Below are positions 29,620 to 41,644 of a DNA stretch of 64,000 bases, piece by piece. The stretch lies in assembly GCF_009914755.1 (NCBI RefSeq), contig NC_060933.1. One strand, given 5' to 3'. Source of the stretch: the human T2T-CHM13v2.0 reference genome, Homo sapiens. Position numbers and translations under genes: made by a program. Each line of letters opens with the position of its first letter. Position 1 is the stretch's first letter. The notes below the pieces were generated by a model, which worked only from the letters and a program-made list of their open reading frames with translations, was not told where the DNA came from and searched no databases.

Positions 29620-30890
29620 TCCTGTAGGCTTCCGAGGTGATTGGGCAGTGTCAGTCTTCAGCTGCTAAGCCGAGAAGATCTGGGAAGGAGTCAGTCAGAG
29701 AGCCTTGGGCCAGAGTTCCAGGGGTTCTGGGAGTGGCTGCTGGGAGAGTTGGACAGTCCGATTTCCAATGGGGTCCCGCACAGATGGGACACGGCTTAGG
29801 AGGAATCCCGGGCTGTGGGCATTCCTTGGTCTGGTGGCCAGATTTCTGGCACTTGTGGCAAGCTCCTGGGGGTGGTGGGCCTGGAGGAACACCTGGCCAC
29901 TGCAGTTTAGGCATTTGGAAGTTCTTGTGTGCTGGAGATGTGGCTGGGGTTTCTCTCACAGTGGAGGCAAGGAATTGCAACTCAGAAATATCTTGCTACT
30001 TGGCTGCCTCTACTCTATTACTGTACACCTTGAAGGCAAGGTTAATTAAGTCCTGTTATGGGGTTTGAGGGCTGGAATGTAATTTTTGGAGTTTTATTTA
30101 ATGTCGGGAGTGGATTGGGTAATAAAATGTATATTGAGAATAAGATGGCTTTTTGACCTTTTAGGGTCTAGGGCTGTAAAGCATCTCAAGGTTGCTGCCA
30201 AAAGAGCCATGAACTGAGCTGGGTTTTTATATTTGATAAAAAAGAGCCTAAATGCTATCTGATTTGGGATAAAGAAAAAGGAGCATTAACCTTGACTATG
30301 CCTTTAGCTCCAGCCACCTTTTTAAGAGGAAATTGCTGGGCAGGTGGGGGAGGGCTAGTCATGGAATGAAACTGTAAGCTGGACCCAGTGTGAGGAGGGG
30401 AGGTGATAAGAGGATTATAGGGTGGAGAAGTGGAGGCTGAGGAAGAATTGGGACCTAGCTCAGCCTGGCGAGGAGGGGAGAGGTCAGATGGGTCTGTAGA
30501 AAAGGAAGATTAGAAAGACTCAGTGACGCTTGGGGTTGGGACTGAGGGGATAGGCGGGAGGAAAAGAAGGAAGATTTGGGATGAGTTGCATTGGGAACAG
30601 AGACTAGGGAGGGACCGGTGTGTAAAAGAATGCCTGGATGTCAGGCACCTCAGACTGTTTGCCCATTTTATGACAGGAATTATTTAGATCTTGTAGGATG
30701 GAAAAATTGAAAGTGCCATTTTCTGGCTATTTGGAACCACTGTCGAGTTTGTATTGGGGTCAAGTGGCATTGCAGAAGAAAATAAGGCATTTATGTTTAG
30801 GTCAGGTGGGAGTTGAAGAGGTTTTAGGTTTTTAAGAACACAGCCTAAGGGAGAAGAAGGGGGAATGGAGGGCGGAAGCTTGCCCATAGT
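29620..30890 (-). pseudogene. gag: HERV-H gag remnant
   Basis: MGKLPPSIPPSSPLGCVLKNL MA start and two NC zinc knuckles, CHKCQKSGHQTKEC and CPICAGPHWKSDC. Confidence 0.87.
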
Positions 30891-30904
30891 GAAGGAGGCA
30901 AGCC

Positions 30905-31415
30905 CAGAGAAAAGAGAGAGTAGAGACACAGAGAGAAGGCATTGGGGGGTTCTTGCCCTCCAGAAAAGTGGAGAAGGGGTAGAGACACAGAGAGAAGGGG
31001 TTGGGGGGTTCTTGCCCTCCAGAAAAGCAGAAAAGGGGTAGTGACATGGAGAAAAGGGGTCGGGGGGTTCTTGTGCCCTAGAAAAGCAGTACTTGCCGCT
31101 AAGAGTGAAGGAGAAGGGATTGGGGGGTTCTTGCCCCCCAGAAAAGTGGAGAAAGGGTAGAGACATGAAGAGAAGGGGTTGGGGGGTCCTTACCCCCCAG
31201 AAAAGCGGAGAAGGGGTAGAGACACGGAGAGAAGGGTTTGGGGGGTTCTTGTCCCCCAGAAAAGTGGTACTTGTCACTAAGAGTGAAGGACCAAGGCAGG
31301 CATCCCCGTGTGGTCAGACACCTCTGAAACATGGGTGAATAATCAGGCAGGTGTCCCCATGTGGTCAGACACCTCTGAAACATGGGTGAATAATCAGGCA
31401 GGTGTCCCCATGTGA
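30905..31415 (-). repeat. HERV-H leader tandem repeats (~60-bp G-rich units, then a ~51-bp unit in about 2.4 copies)
   Basis: Repeated AGAGAAGGGGTTGGGGGGTTCTTGCCCTCCAGAAAAG; duplicated GTGGTCAGACACCTCTGAAACATGGGTGAATAATCAGGCAGG. Confidence 0.85.
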
Positions 31416-31622
31416 TTAAACACCAAGGGAAGACTGTCTTCCTGAGTCCATGACCGGTGCTGGGGTTTTGGGTCCATGGATAAAACGTGTCTCCTGTCTC
31501 TACCAGAAAAGGAAAGGAACTGAAATTAAGGGAAGGGAGAGATTGAAGTGTGGTGCCAAGATTGAAAGGAGAAAGAGGTTGAGGGATAGTGAGAGAGGTT
31601 GGAGAAGAAAATAAAAAGAGGC

Positions 31623-31632
31623 CGCTTACCGG
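31623..31632 (-). promoter_or_regulatory. HERV-H major splice donor
   Basis: CCG|GTAAGCG on minus, ~145 nt downstream of the 5' LTR. Confidence 0.75.
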
Positions 31633-31755
31633 ATTTGAAATTGGTGAGATGTTCCTTGGGCTGGTTGGTCTGAGGACCAGAGGTCATAGGTGGATCTTTC
31701 TCACGGAGCAAAGAGCAGGAGGACAGGGGATTGATCTCCCAAGCGAGGTCCCCTG

Positions 31756-31773
31756 ATCTGAGTCACGGCACCA
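31756..31773 (-). promoter_or_regulatory. Primer binding site complementary to tRNA-His
   Basis: TGGTGCCGTGACTCAGAT immediately after the 5' LTR (one mismatch to TGGTGCCGTGACTCGGAT). Confidence 0.93.
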
Positions 31774-31775
31774 AA

Positions 31776-32189
31776 TTTCATGTGTGTCCATGTGAAGAGA
31801 CCACCAAACAGGCTTTGTGTGAGCAACAAGGCTGTTTATTTCACTTGGGTGCAGGCAGGCTGAGTCTGAAAAGAGAATCAGTGAAGGGAGATAGGGGTGG
31901 GGCTGTTTTATAAGATTTGTGTAGGTAAAGGAAAATTACAGTCAAACGGGGGTTGTTCTCTGGCAGGCAGGAGTGGGGGTCGCAAGGTGTTCAGTAGGGG
32001 AGCTTTTGAGCCAGGGTGAGCCAGGAGAAGGAATTTCACAAGATAATGTCATCAGTTAAGGCAGGAACAGGCCATTTTCACTTCTTTTGTGGTGGAATGA
32101 CATCAGTTAAGGCAGGAACCAGCCATCTGGATGTGTACATGAAGGTCACAGGGGATATGATGGCTTAGCTTGGGCTCAGAGATCTGACA
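31776..32189 (-). repeat. HERV-H 5' LTR (LTR7 family)
   Basis: Colinear with the 3' LTR without indels; about 35 mismatches in 414 bp by manual count, many at former CpGs. Confidence 0.96.
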
Positions 32190-32574
32190 TTTAGCATTTT
32201 TATCACTTCAAATGTGTATTGGGAACATTCAAAATTCACTATAGGGTGACTATAATTAATGACAATATAGTCACCCTGTAGTGCTATGGAACACTAGAAC
32301 TTATTCTCTTTATTTAGCTATACTTTTGTGTTCATTAACCAATCTTTGGCTATCCTCTCCTTCCCCCTACCCTTCCCTCAACCCAATCTCTCAGCTGGCT
32401 CCATCCCTCTGGGGGACAGGGGACAGGGATAGGAAAAGAGAAAGATGAGAGACAGAAAATCCTGACCTCAACATCACTGTTATTTCTTGGTCACATGTAA
32501 AAGGGAAACTTGTTAGTAAGCATCTTCTACTATGTTCCTACTTATTGCTACAGCAACATGTGAAATGGGACCAC

Positions 32575-32685
32575 TGGATAGAATTACTACACCGTTTTAT
32601 ATCAGACATGAGCATCCATGAATTTTGGCATCTGTAGGAGGATGCCTGGGACCAGTCCCCCAAAAATACTGAGGGATAGCTGTAT
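32575..32685. mobile_element. Tigger3/MER7-like DNA transposon terminal fragment
   Basis: TTTTATATCAGACATGAGCATCCATGAATTTTGGCATCTG...ATACTGAGGGATAGCTGTA resembles a Tigger end. Confidence 0.65.
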
Positions 32686-33487
32686 ACAAATGTTGGTTAC
32701 ATTACTTTCTGGACTTTCCTCTACATTTAAAATAATGCATAATAAAAGTATCAATAGTAAAAGAAGTCAGTAGCCCTAAAAAGCAGATTCTTTCATATAA
32801 TATTTATAATATTTTCCAGTGTTTAAGATAATATTTGAATATGTTTTTAATGATGAAAAGGTAAAAGTTTGTTTAAAAAACAATTTCCAAACAGATTTTC
32901 CCTCCATATCCTCTAGCATGAAATGATGAACTTAGTCAATAGTCTAAAGTCATAATTTCTTCCAACAGAGACATTTGATTGTAGTGTGCCTATTTTTTTT
33001 TTTCTTTTTTTTCTTTTTTTTTTTCTTTTTTACCTTGCTTAGTTAGGAGAATTAGATCTTGGAGCAAAATACTGCAAAATGTCAACTTAATATTCACAGG
33101 TTTTATTCCAGAAAGGAGAAGGCTATAAGGCAACACATCCTTATTGGGCTATAAACCCCTCCTTTGGGGGCAGGGGAGAGCTTGATGACCCTGTGAATGT
33201 GTGAGACTAATTAAGCCTTCCTAAAAAGACTCCAGGGAAGAGTTTGCTCAGAGCCCTCAAGTCATAGAAAGAGTCCAGAAAGGCTGGGGGAAAGCAGAGA
33301 AAATAACTAAAGGTGGAAACGTGTGGCTAATTGAAGCTAGACATCTGTTTGTGGAAATGCCTTTTGTAGATAATCTGAACCAAAATATTTTTCAGGGGGT
33401 TCCTAGTTTCAACACAACTTGCACTAACACAAGCCTATCAGCTAACAGTGTGATATGTGATATTTAGTGGGAAGATAGTTGCCATCC

Positions 33488-33630
33488 TGTGCTTCTCAAA
33501 CTTTAGAGTGCATCAGAATCACCTAGAGGAGGGGTATTACATTGTGGATTCCACTGCCAGTGTTCCTGATGCAGTAGATGTGGGATGGGGACCAGGAATT
33601 TGCATTTCTAACAAGTCCCCAGGAAACTAC
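33488..33630. mobile_element. MER5A (hAT-Charlie MITE)
   Basis: CTTCTCAAACTTTAGAGTGCATCAGAATCACCT...TGCATTTCTAACAAGTCCCCAGG. Confidence 0.8.
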
Positions 33631-33639
33631 TCATTGGGA

Positions 33640-34696
33640 TGCTGTAGCAAATATGCATTCCTCCTCTTGCTGTTTCAGGTGCTGCAGTTAACAGCACATT
33701 CCTGCTAAGCTCTCCAGAAAATTACCCTTGGCTGACAAGACTGCCTTGGAAGAGATGCCTGGGAGGTTACCAACCTCTCCAGCACCTCTTGTCAGAGATT
33801 GGCTGATAGTGTTACTGGAAAGGGATCCCGATCCAGATCCCAAGAGAAGGTTCTTGGACCTCACGCAAGAAAGAATTTGGAGCAAGTCTATAAAGTGAAG
33901 CAGGTTTATTAGAGATGCAAAGAAACAAAAGCATGGCTACTCCACAGGCAGAGCAGAACAGCATGGAGGGCTGATGGTTGGCTATTTTTATGGTTATTTC
34001 TTGATTATATGCTAAACAAGGGGTGGATTATTCATGAGAAATAGGGTGATTATTCATGAGAAAGGAGTGGGGATTTTCTGGAACTGAGGATTCCTTCTCC
34101 TTTTTAGCCCATATAGAGAAACTTCCTGATACTTCCATGGCATTTGTAAACTCATGGCACTGATGGGAGTGTCTTTCAGCATGCTAATGCATTATAATTA
34201 ATGTATAATGAGCAGTGAGAATGATCAGAGGTCACTTTCATTGCCATCTTGGTTTTGGCTGGCTTCTTCCCCACATCCTGTTTTATCAGCAGGGTCTTTG
34301 TGACCTGTATCTTGTGCTGACCTCCCATCTCATCCTGTGATTAAGAGTGCCTAACCTCCTGGGAATGCAGCCCAGTAGGTCTCAGCCTTATTTTACCCAG
34401 CCGCTATTCAAGGTAAAGTCACTCTGGTTTGAATGTCTGTGGCAACAGGAGCATACCAAAGCCGAGCCCAGGACCTACCGAAAGGATGGCTCAGAGGTAT
34501 TACAGGCCAGAGGAGTCCCCACTCCCTGACTAGCCCCTTTCCTCCCACCTTTGAATGAGGCCAAGCCTGTTTTCTCTTCTCTCTTCTGTTTTCCTCACTC
34601 TTCTATGAGTATTTAGTGAAGAATATATCCTCAATAAACCTCTGGGCCCTAATCTCTGTGTCTGGTTCTGCTTCTAGGGAAACTTGACCTAAGACA
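33640..34696 (+). mobile_element. Ancient ERVL solo LTR (LTR16-like), split by MER41
   Basis: 3' end CTCAATAAACC...TCTGCTTCTAGGGAAACTTGACCTAAGACA; 5' part lies before 33810. Confidence 0.6.
33810..34444 (-). mobile_element. MER41 (MER41B-like) solo LTR, 635 bp
   Basis: Minus strand reads GGCTGGGTAAAATAAGGCTGAGACCTACTGGGCTGCATTCCCAGG near its start and GTCCAAGAACCTTCTCTTGGGATCTGGATCGGGA near its end. TG..CA termini; 4-bp TSD ATAG/ACAG. Confidence 0.88.
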
Positions 34697-34820
34697 ACAG
34701 TTAAATGTAAACTTTGATTTTAGGGGTTATGTTAAAATTGGCAAACATCTGCTTTGGAGCCTTGAAGGTTCATGTAAAAGCTGTCCCCTAAGAACTGTAC
34801 TCTGGTTAGTTGTCGCTCTC

Positions 34821-35621
34821 TGAAGGAAATTAAAATATTATAACCCAAAATATATTTCTTTGATATATATTTTTAAATGGCTGCCACTTGGCCAGCAGGC
34901 AGAAGTGGCCTTGCAAAGCTGTCTTAAGTTGGGAAAATTTGCATCTGTAGAGAATCTGCATTAATGCATCATGCTCCCTCCTCTTTCTATTCCTTTCCTC
35001 AGATCCAAGACAGGTTGACAGTCTGACAACTTTAAAAGAAACATTTACCGTCTGTTCTCTCTGAGGGAGGCTTTATCTACATAACAAGGCCACCTTTGCT
35101 AGCCAAGCCTCTTCTACCCTCTCCCATAACCTGTTCTACCAGAATCTTATCCCCCATTCTTTTTGTAACCTCAAGATGGTATATAAGTTTCTGTATCTCA
35201 CGTTTACACGTTAAATAAATTTGTATGCCTTTTCTTCTATTAATCAATATGGCTTATGTCAGTCATTTTTTTTTTTTTTTTTTTTTGAGATGGAGTCTCA
35301 CTCTGTCACCCAGGCTGGAGAGCAGTGGCACGTATCTCCACTCACTGCAAGTTCCGCCTCCCAGGTTCACACGATTTTCCTGCCTCAGCCTCCTGAGTAG
35401 CTGGGACTACAGGGACCGCCAACATGCCCTGCTAATTTTTTGTATTTTTAGTAGAGACACGGTTTCACTGTGTTAGCCAGGATGGTCTCGATCTCCTGAC
35501 CTTGTGATCCACCTGTCTCAGCCTCCCAAACAGCTGGGATTACAGGCGTGAGCCACCGTGCCTGGCCATGTCAGTCAGTTTTAGTGAATCTTTAGGGGAC
35601 CAAGAGCCTATGGCCCCTACA
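34821..35621 (+). mobile_element. ERV1 MER4-group solo LTR (LTR29/LTR48-like, subfamily uncertain) interrupted by an Alu
   Basis: Starts TGAAGGAAATTAAAATATT...CCCAAAATATATTTCTTTGA, has TATA-like and AATAAA signals, ends GGCCCCTACA. Confidence 0.7.
35266..35567 (-). mobile_element. Alu (AluY/AluSc8-like)
   Basis: Full dimer with poly(T); TSD ATGTCAGTCA at 35256-35265 and 35568-35577. Confidence 0.95.
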
Positions 35622-35652
35622 TCTCTCTGTCATTAAACATTTAATACTTGAA

Positions 35653-35985
<333 letters not shown>

Positions 35986-36706
35986 TTAATACTTGAAAAA
36001 GAAAATCTGTGAATTTGACATGCAGGACTATTTTATTTAAAACACATTTTGAAGAATCTAAGCTGCTTTTTCCAACTTCTAACACTTTTAGTTCTACATG
36101 ATTGAAAACAGTAATAAAACATAAAGTCGATCAGACCAAATTTTGGCCATGGAAAAAAGTTAATAAGGTCAACTTTACAAATCTTGAAAGTCAGGAGGGA
36201 AGAGATGTGTGCTTGTAATGGAAATGACAAGGTGGACCGAATTTAGGAAAAGAGGAAGGGATACTCAGTTTGAAATGCATTTCTAGTTAGCTCATATTAT
36301 GTGAGGAGTCCAAACTCTCATTAGCTCTAATGTGCCATTTTGTTATGGCATTGATATGCCTTCCCCTAAGGGCCGTAGGTCTCTAGCCATAGGTAGGGCA
36401 ATGCTAAAAGGACTTTCTTGGCTTCAAGTTGAAAAGGGATCTTAGGGCCTTTGCCTTCCCACTCAAATCTAGTACTGTTTCTCCACAGTTTTGAACTGTC
36501 AACAGCTCAACTTTGTGTCTGTAAATTGTGTGGTGAATGAGTGTTGACATGATGATTGATCAGACAAAGGTTTCAATTTTGGTTTTGCCCTGTAGCTGAT
36601 CAAGGGCAAGTTGTATCAACCTTGACAACGTTAGTTTCTCCTTCTGTTAAATGTGGGTGAGTGAGCTAATGTTTATAAAATCTGAAACATTGTTTCTGGG
36701 CACATG

Positions 36707-37799
36707 TATTGGGGGAACCCACCCCCAATATTTCAACGTAGGTTCTTTCTATTTTCCATAAGTGTTGGCCAGCTGAGAAATAAAGAGAGACAGTACAAAG
36801 AGAGGAATTTTACAGCTGGGCCACCGGGAGTGACATCACTTATCAGTAGGACCATGATGTCCACCTGAGTCTCAGACCAGCAAGTTTTTATTAAGGGTTT
36901 CAAAGGGGGAGGGGGGTGTAAGAACAGGGAGTAGGTACAAAGATCACATGTTTCAAAAGGCAAAAAGCAGAACCACAAATAAGGGTCTAACAAAGATCGC
37001 AGCCTTCTGAGGGAACGGGACAAAGGCAAAAACAGAACCACTGATAAGTGTCCAACAAAGATCACAGGACAAAGGGCAAAAGCAGAACCACTGATAAGGG
37101 TCTATGTTCAGCAGTGCATGTATTGTCTTGATAAACATCTTAAACAACAGAAAACAGGGTTCGAGAGCAGAGAACTGGTCTGACCACAAATTTACAAGGG
37201 CAGAGTTTTTCCCCACCCTGGTAAGCCTGAGGGTTCTGCAGGAGACCAGGGCGTATCTCAGTCCTTATCTCAACTGCATAAGACAGACATTCCCAGAGTG
37301 GCCATTTATAGACCTCCCCCCCAGGAACGCATTCCTTTCCCAGGGTATTAATATTAATATTCCTTGCTAGGAAAAGAATTTAGTGACTTGTTTCCTACTT
37401 GCATATCTGTTTATAGGCTCTCTGCAAAAAGAAAAATATGGCTCTTTTTGCCCGGCCCTGCAGGCAGTTGGACCTTATGGTTGTCTTCCCTTGTTCCATA
37501 AAAATCACTGTTATTGTGCTCTTTTTCAAGATGCACTGATTTCATATTGTTCAAACACATGTTTTACAATCAATTTGTGTAGTTAACACAATTATCACAG
37601 TGGTCCTGAGGTGACGCACATCCCCAGCTTACAAAGATAACAGGATTAAGAGATTAAAATAAAGACAGGCATAAGAAATTATAAAAGTATTATTTGGGAA
37701 CTGATAAATGTCCATATTAAGGTGAAATCTTCACAATTTATGTTCCTCTGCCGTGGCTCCAGCCGGTTCCTCCGTTCAGGTCCCTGACTTCCCACAACA
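36707..37799 (-). mobile_element. MER11 solo LTR (HERV-K HML-8), 1093 bp
   Basis: Minus strand TGTTGTGGGAAGTCAGGGAC...ACCTACGTTGAAATATTGGGGGTGGGTTCCCCCAATA; internal GGCAAAAGCAGAACCACTGATAAG repeats; 6-bp TSD CACATG/GACATG. Confidence 0.92.
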
Positions 37800-37936
37800 G
37801 ACATGTGAAAGGCCCATTTTCCTTGCTATCTGAGATACTTGATATTATCCTGTTTCCTCCTTGCTTGTGAAGTAAGCACACTATCAGGGACCCTTCCCAG
37901 TAGGATTGTTTTGATTGTGGATTCTAGCACTCTGTA

Positions 37937-39061
37937 TGAAACCACCTTTGCAAAAATTACAACAGAGAGAAAGTTATGATAGTGAAAGAGATCTGATCTA
38001 GCCAACCCTCATCCTGCCTTTAACCTCCAAACTGCTTTTGGTCATTCCTGAGCTTGGCCCAAGCTAACTTTGGGAGAAATTTATTTTATAGTTTAAATGA
38101 TAATAGCCCTTCCCCAAAACTAAACTGCCTTTTTAAAACTAATGAAAGGTCACCAGTTTAGGATGAGAAGGGCCTGAATTCTGCTAAGACTTAGGTGTAG
38201 TTAAATGATTAGCAGCCACTATTCGGGAGGTCACAAGATTTTTTGTTTTTAATTAAAAAAATTTTTTATTACCCTTTAAGTTCTGGGATACATGTGCAGA
38301 ACATGCAGGTTTGTTACATAGGTATACACATGCCATGGTGGTTTGCTGCACCCATCAACTCGTCACCTACATTAGATATCTCTCCTAATGCTATCCCTTC
38401 CCTAGCCCCCCACCCCCTACAAGCCCCAGTGTGTGATGTTCCCCTCCCTGTGTTCATGGGTTCTCATTGTTCAGCTCCCACTTACAAGTGAGAACATGCG
38501 GTGTTTGGTTTTCTGATCTTGTGATGGTTTGCTGAGACTGAGACTTTCCAGCTTCATCCACGTCCCTGCAAAGGACATGAACTCATCCTTTTTTATTGCT
38601 GCATAGTATTCCATGGTGTATATGTGGCATGTTTTCTTAATCCAGTCTATTGTTGATGGACATAAGATTTTCAACTTCCTCAATTCACTACTGTAGAACC
38701 TAAAATTGGCCTCTTGAGACGTCACTTTTCAGACTTTTGTATTTCTGACCTACTTGGACAAGTGACTTCTCTGTGGTCCCCACCCAGAAGCGGACTTAGT
38801 GCACGAAGACCTTTTTCCCCATCCCTATGATTACATCTCCAACCAATCAGCAGCACCCATTTTCTTGCCCTGTGCCCACCAAACTATCCTTGGAAAAACC
38901 CTAGTCTGAATTTTCAGACAGATTGATTTGAGTAATAACTTCATCTCCCAGGTGGCATGGCCAGCCTCATGTCAATCAAAATTTCTTTTTTGTGATACCA
39001 TGCTCTCAGTGAATTGGTTTTGTCTGTCCAGTGAGCAGGAAGAACCCATCAGGCGATTACA
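37937..39061 (+). mobile_element. LTR8-family solo LTR (ERV1) interrupted by an L1PA 3' fragment
   Basis: Starts TGAAACCACCTTTGCAAAAATTACAAC, ends GAAGAACCCATCAGGCGATTACA; 4-bp flanks TGTA/CATA are consistent with an ancestral CGTA TSD. Confidence 0.82.
38243..38660 (-). mobile_element. 5'-truncated L1PA7-like 3' end (~420 bp)
   Basis: TTTAAGTTCTGGGATACATGTGCAGAACATGCAGG 3'UTR; TSD CACAAGATTTT/CATAAGATTTT at 38232-38242 and 38661-38671. Confidence 0.92.
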
Positions 39062-40439
39062 CATATTTCTTTATGTCTTTGATTTTTAACAGGTGGCTTG
39101 CACATTTTGTGCAACACTGGGGAAAAATCTGGTCACAGAGGCTATCAGTGGCTCTGCAATTTTCTGATGAAAGGTGAGGGGGATAAGTGAGTGAACAAAA
39201 TGATGTAGCTGAATTTTTAAAAAAAGAAACCAACCAAAGAAAAAACTAACACCGTTTCTCAAGAACTTGTAAATCGGAACAGCAATCGTTTGCAATTGCA
39301 GAGGAAATGTAAATCAGTTATTGCATTCCACATCCAGTCATTTAATTTCATTCCTAATCTGTACATTTTAGCACCAAAATTATTTTAAAGAACTGACATT
39401 CTTTTGATCTTCTGGGACAACAATACTTTTGTCATGTTTTCCTGGCAAACGATGATACAGCCATACCCGACAGTTTGATTACTTTAGTAAATCAAAGGCT
39501 AACAGAAGTTAGGGAGTGGTTCCATCATATACTATAGCTCACATTGTAGAAAACCATGGAATCAACTCTCTCAAATGCCAGTTTTGAGGTAAAATCAGTG
39601 GGAATACACTTGTGGACTTCACTCATTGCCAGACACGTTTTACCCTTAGATACTTAGTCTGAAATACAAAATAAACCAAAAATCCAATCCTCATCTCAGA
39701 TTTCCAGCAGGAACATGGAGGGGTCCCAATAGCAGAACAGTAGCAAAGCCTTCTGAATCTCTATTAATCTGTGTATTGAATTGTAAGACGCTCTAACTTC
39801 AGGGGTGTAAAATAAATCAGAACAAATTAATTAGCACATTCTACCACAATTAGATTTAAGTTCAGTGTTCTGGGTAAGGAAATTCAATACAACAGTATGT
39901 GTTCAATTAGGCATGTAGAAGAATACTGAAATGAATTAGATCATCTGCTTGGTCTTAATTTAGTGAAAGAGATAGATACACTTACTTATGTCCATAGGAA
40001 TGTGTGGCATTTCACTTTACTTTTCCCATTGAGTCAACTACTAGTTCATTAGTCCATGACCAGATGGACCACTAAGAGTCCGTCCTTTCTGTCCCTCTCT
40101 TTGCTACCTTTATGGTTCTGTCCATATTTTTACCCATCTTTTCTCCCCTTTTTTTTTCTGGTAGCCAGGGAATCAGAACAAAATTGGTTCAAATTCCAGC
40201 TATTTTCTGCCTCAGGAGCTACAGCTCTAGTTCCTGAGCTCTGTCCCAGGGTGCTCTGGGGCACAGCAGCAAATTCACAGAAGCACCATTTCAATGAAAG
40301 TTTTAAACTTTTGAGGAAAACAGGACAGCTTCTGTTGGACATCATGTGAACGACTGTTTGAATATCAGAGAGTGCTATGTTGTTTTCAGTGAAGTGGTAT
40401 CTTAGCAAAGTTGGGCATTTGAGAGTTCTATGATAAAAA

Positions 40440-40750
40440 AAAGTTAGCACCCTCAAAAATCAATGTGCAATAGAAATGAGGGTGGCTATGCCCAATCTAA
40501 TTCCAAGGGTGAGAACTTGCACAGTGCCCAATAGGCACACGTATCCCATTAGCTAAGCAATCATGGTAAGTTTACTCTTAAGAGTAAATTTAAACTATTT
40601 TTTCTTTCAATTTATATATAGTATTTTTCCAAACGATTCTAAGTTGTTAGGCCTAAAGTACTTATTAAGTGTTTGGACTTAAACAGAACTGCTAGGTGTT
40701 TCTTTTGGCCTTGGGTGAAATTAAAGTTTCCTTGAGTTGAGAACCCTGAG
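40440..40750. mobile_element. Probable hAT-Charlie DNA transposon remnant
   Basis: GAAATGAGGGTGGCTATGCCCAATCTAATTCCAAGG...CAGTGCCCAATAGGCACACGTATCCCATTAG resembles a Charlie transposase C-terminus; end ...TTGAGAACCCTG. Confidence 0.45.
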
Positions 40751-41644
40751 CTGGAGGGAAGGTAATAATTCCTTAGGCTTCAGGTGAAGGATGGAAAAAC
40801 TTTACATGGTTTCCCATTTATAAGAAAAATGATGTCTTCTGACTGTAATATTAACCAGCGATTTGGCCATAACTTTTATGTTTTCATAATAAGATGCTCT
40901 CTTGCTTTCCTCAAAGATCCCCTTTGAGGGAAAGAGTATGAATGTCAGGGGGTGGTGGAGGTAGAACTGGCTGGAGTTCAGAGCACATATGCTCAGCTAT
41001 AGTATTTGGGGATTGGAAGTGCTCTCAGGAATGTTCTAATATTAATTATTAAAATTGTCTCATTTTAGAGAGGAGGGAGCAGACCTACAGAGGGAAAGTA
41101 ATTTGTGGAAGGTCCCAACAACAGTGTTCGGTCTAAGCCTAGAGCCCCCACCTTCCTATCTGCTTTTCAAGCATATCCTTATGTGCCACTGGGGGCATGG
41201 CAGCTGGTGAGCGCAGCAGACTTTTGCTCTGCCTGCCTGGTATGGCATCATAGGTAGCTGAACTCTCATATCAAACATCCAGGGGGAAAATGTCCACAAT
41301 GCCCAAATCTTACTACCAGATTAGGTATATATTCATCCCTGAGAAAGGTTTCTCCCCTTGGTTTCCTCCTCTTCTGTCCAGTTTGCTGCATCTAGTTCAG
41401 TGCTCTCGCTTACCATGCTGCACATCTCTCAAGAGGTACTAATTATTAATATGGCCAGATGTTATTCTAGAAGGTCATAACCTGAGAGTAAGGGCATTGT
41501 TATCAATTGCAGGTTATATATTAGCCTCTATTGTTGTTGTCCAGGGCCCTAAAAGGAAGAAGCCTATCAAAATTTTAGAAAACCAAAAAGTATTCAGGAA
41601 TCATAGGTGATGGTTTTTTCCTTGAATTATATGTATATATATAA

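Larger units (their letters stand above)
25757..32189 (-). mobile_element. HERV-H provirus (LTR7-HERVH-LTR7), 6433 bp
   Basis: Two 414-bp LTRs, 5-bp TSD TTTAG (25752-25756 and 32190-32194), tRNA-His PBS, and gag/pro/pol/env remnants in order on the minus strand. Confidence 0.97.
25655..32385 (-). mobile_element. Old L1MA 3'-end fragment split by the HERV-H provirus (pieces ~25655-25756 and ~32190-32385)
   Basis: ATGGAGTACAGTGTGATATTGTACATG...CAAATCAGGGTATTTAG on the left resumes as TTTAGCATTTTTATCACTTCAAATG...GAACATTCAAAAT on the right. Confidence 0.75.

Noticed and set aside
31756-31773. tRNA-His gene
   Set aside because: Only the 18-nt primer binding site complementary to the tRNA 3' end is present.
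36940-37105. Tandem ~50-bp repeats as a novel array
   Set aside because: Internal repeats are a normal feature of MER11 LTRs.
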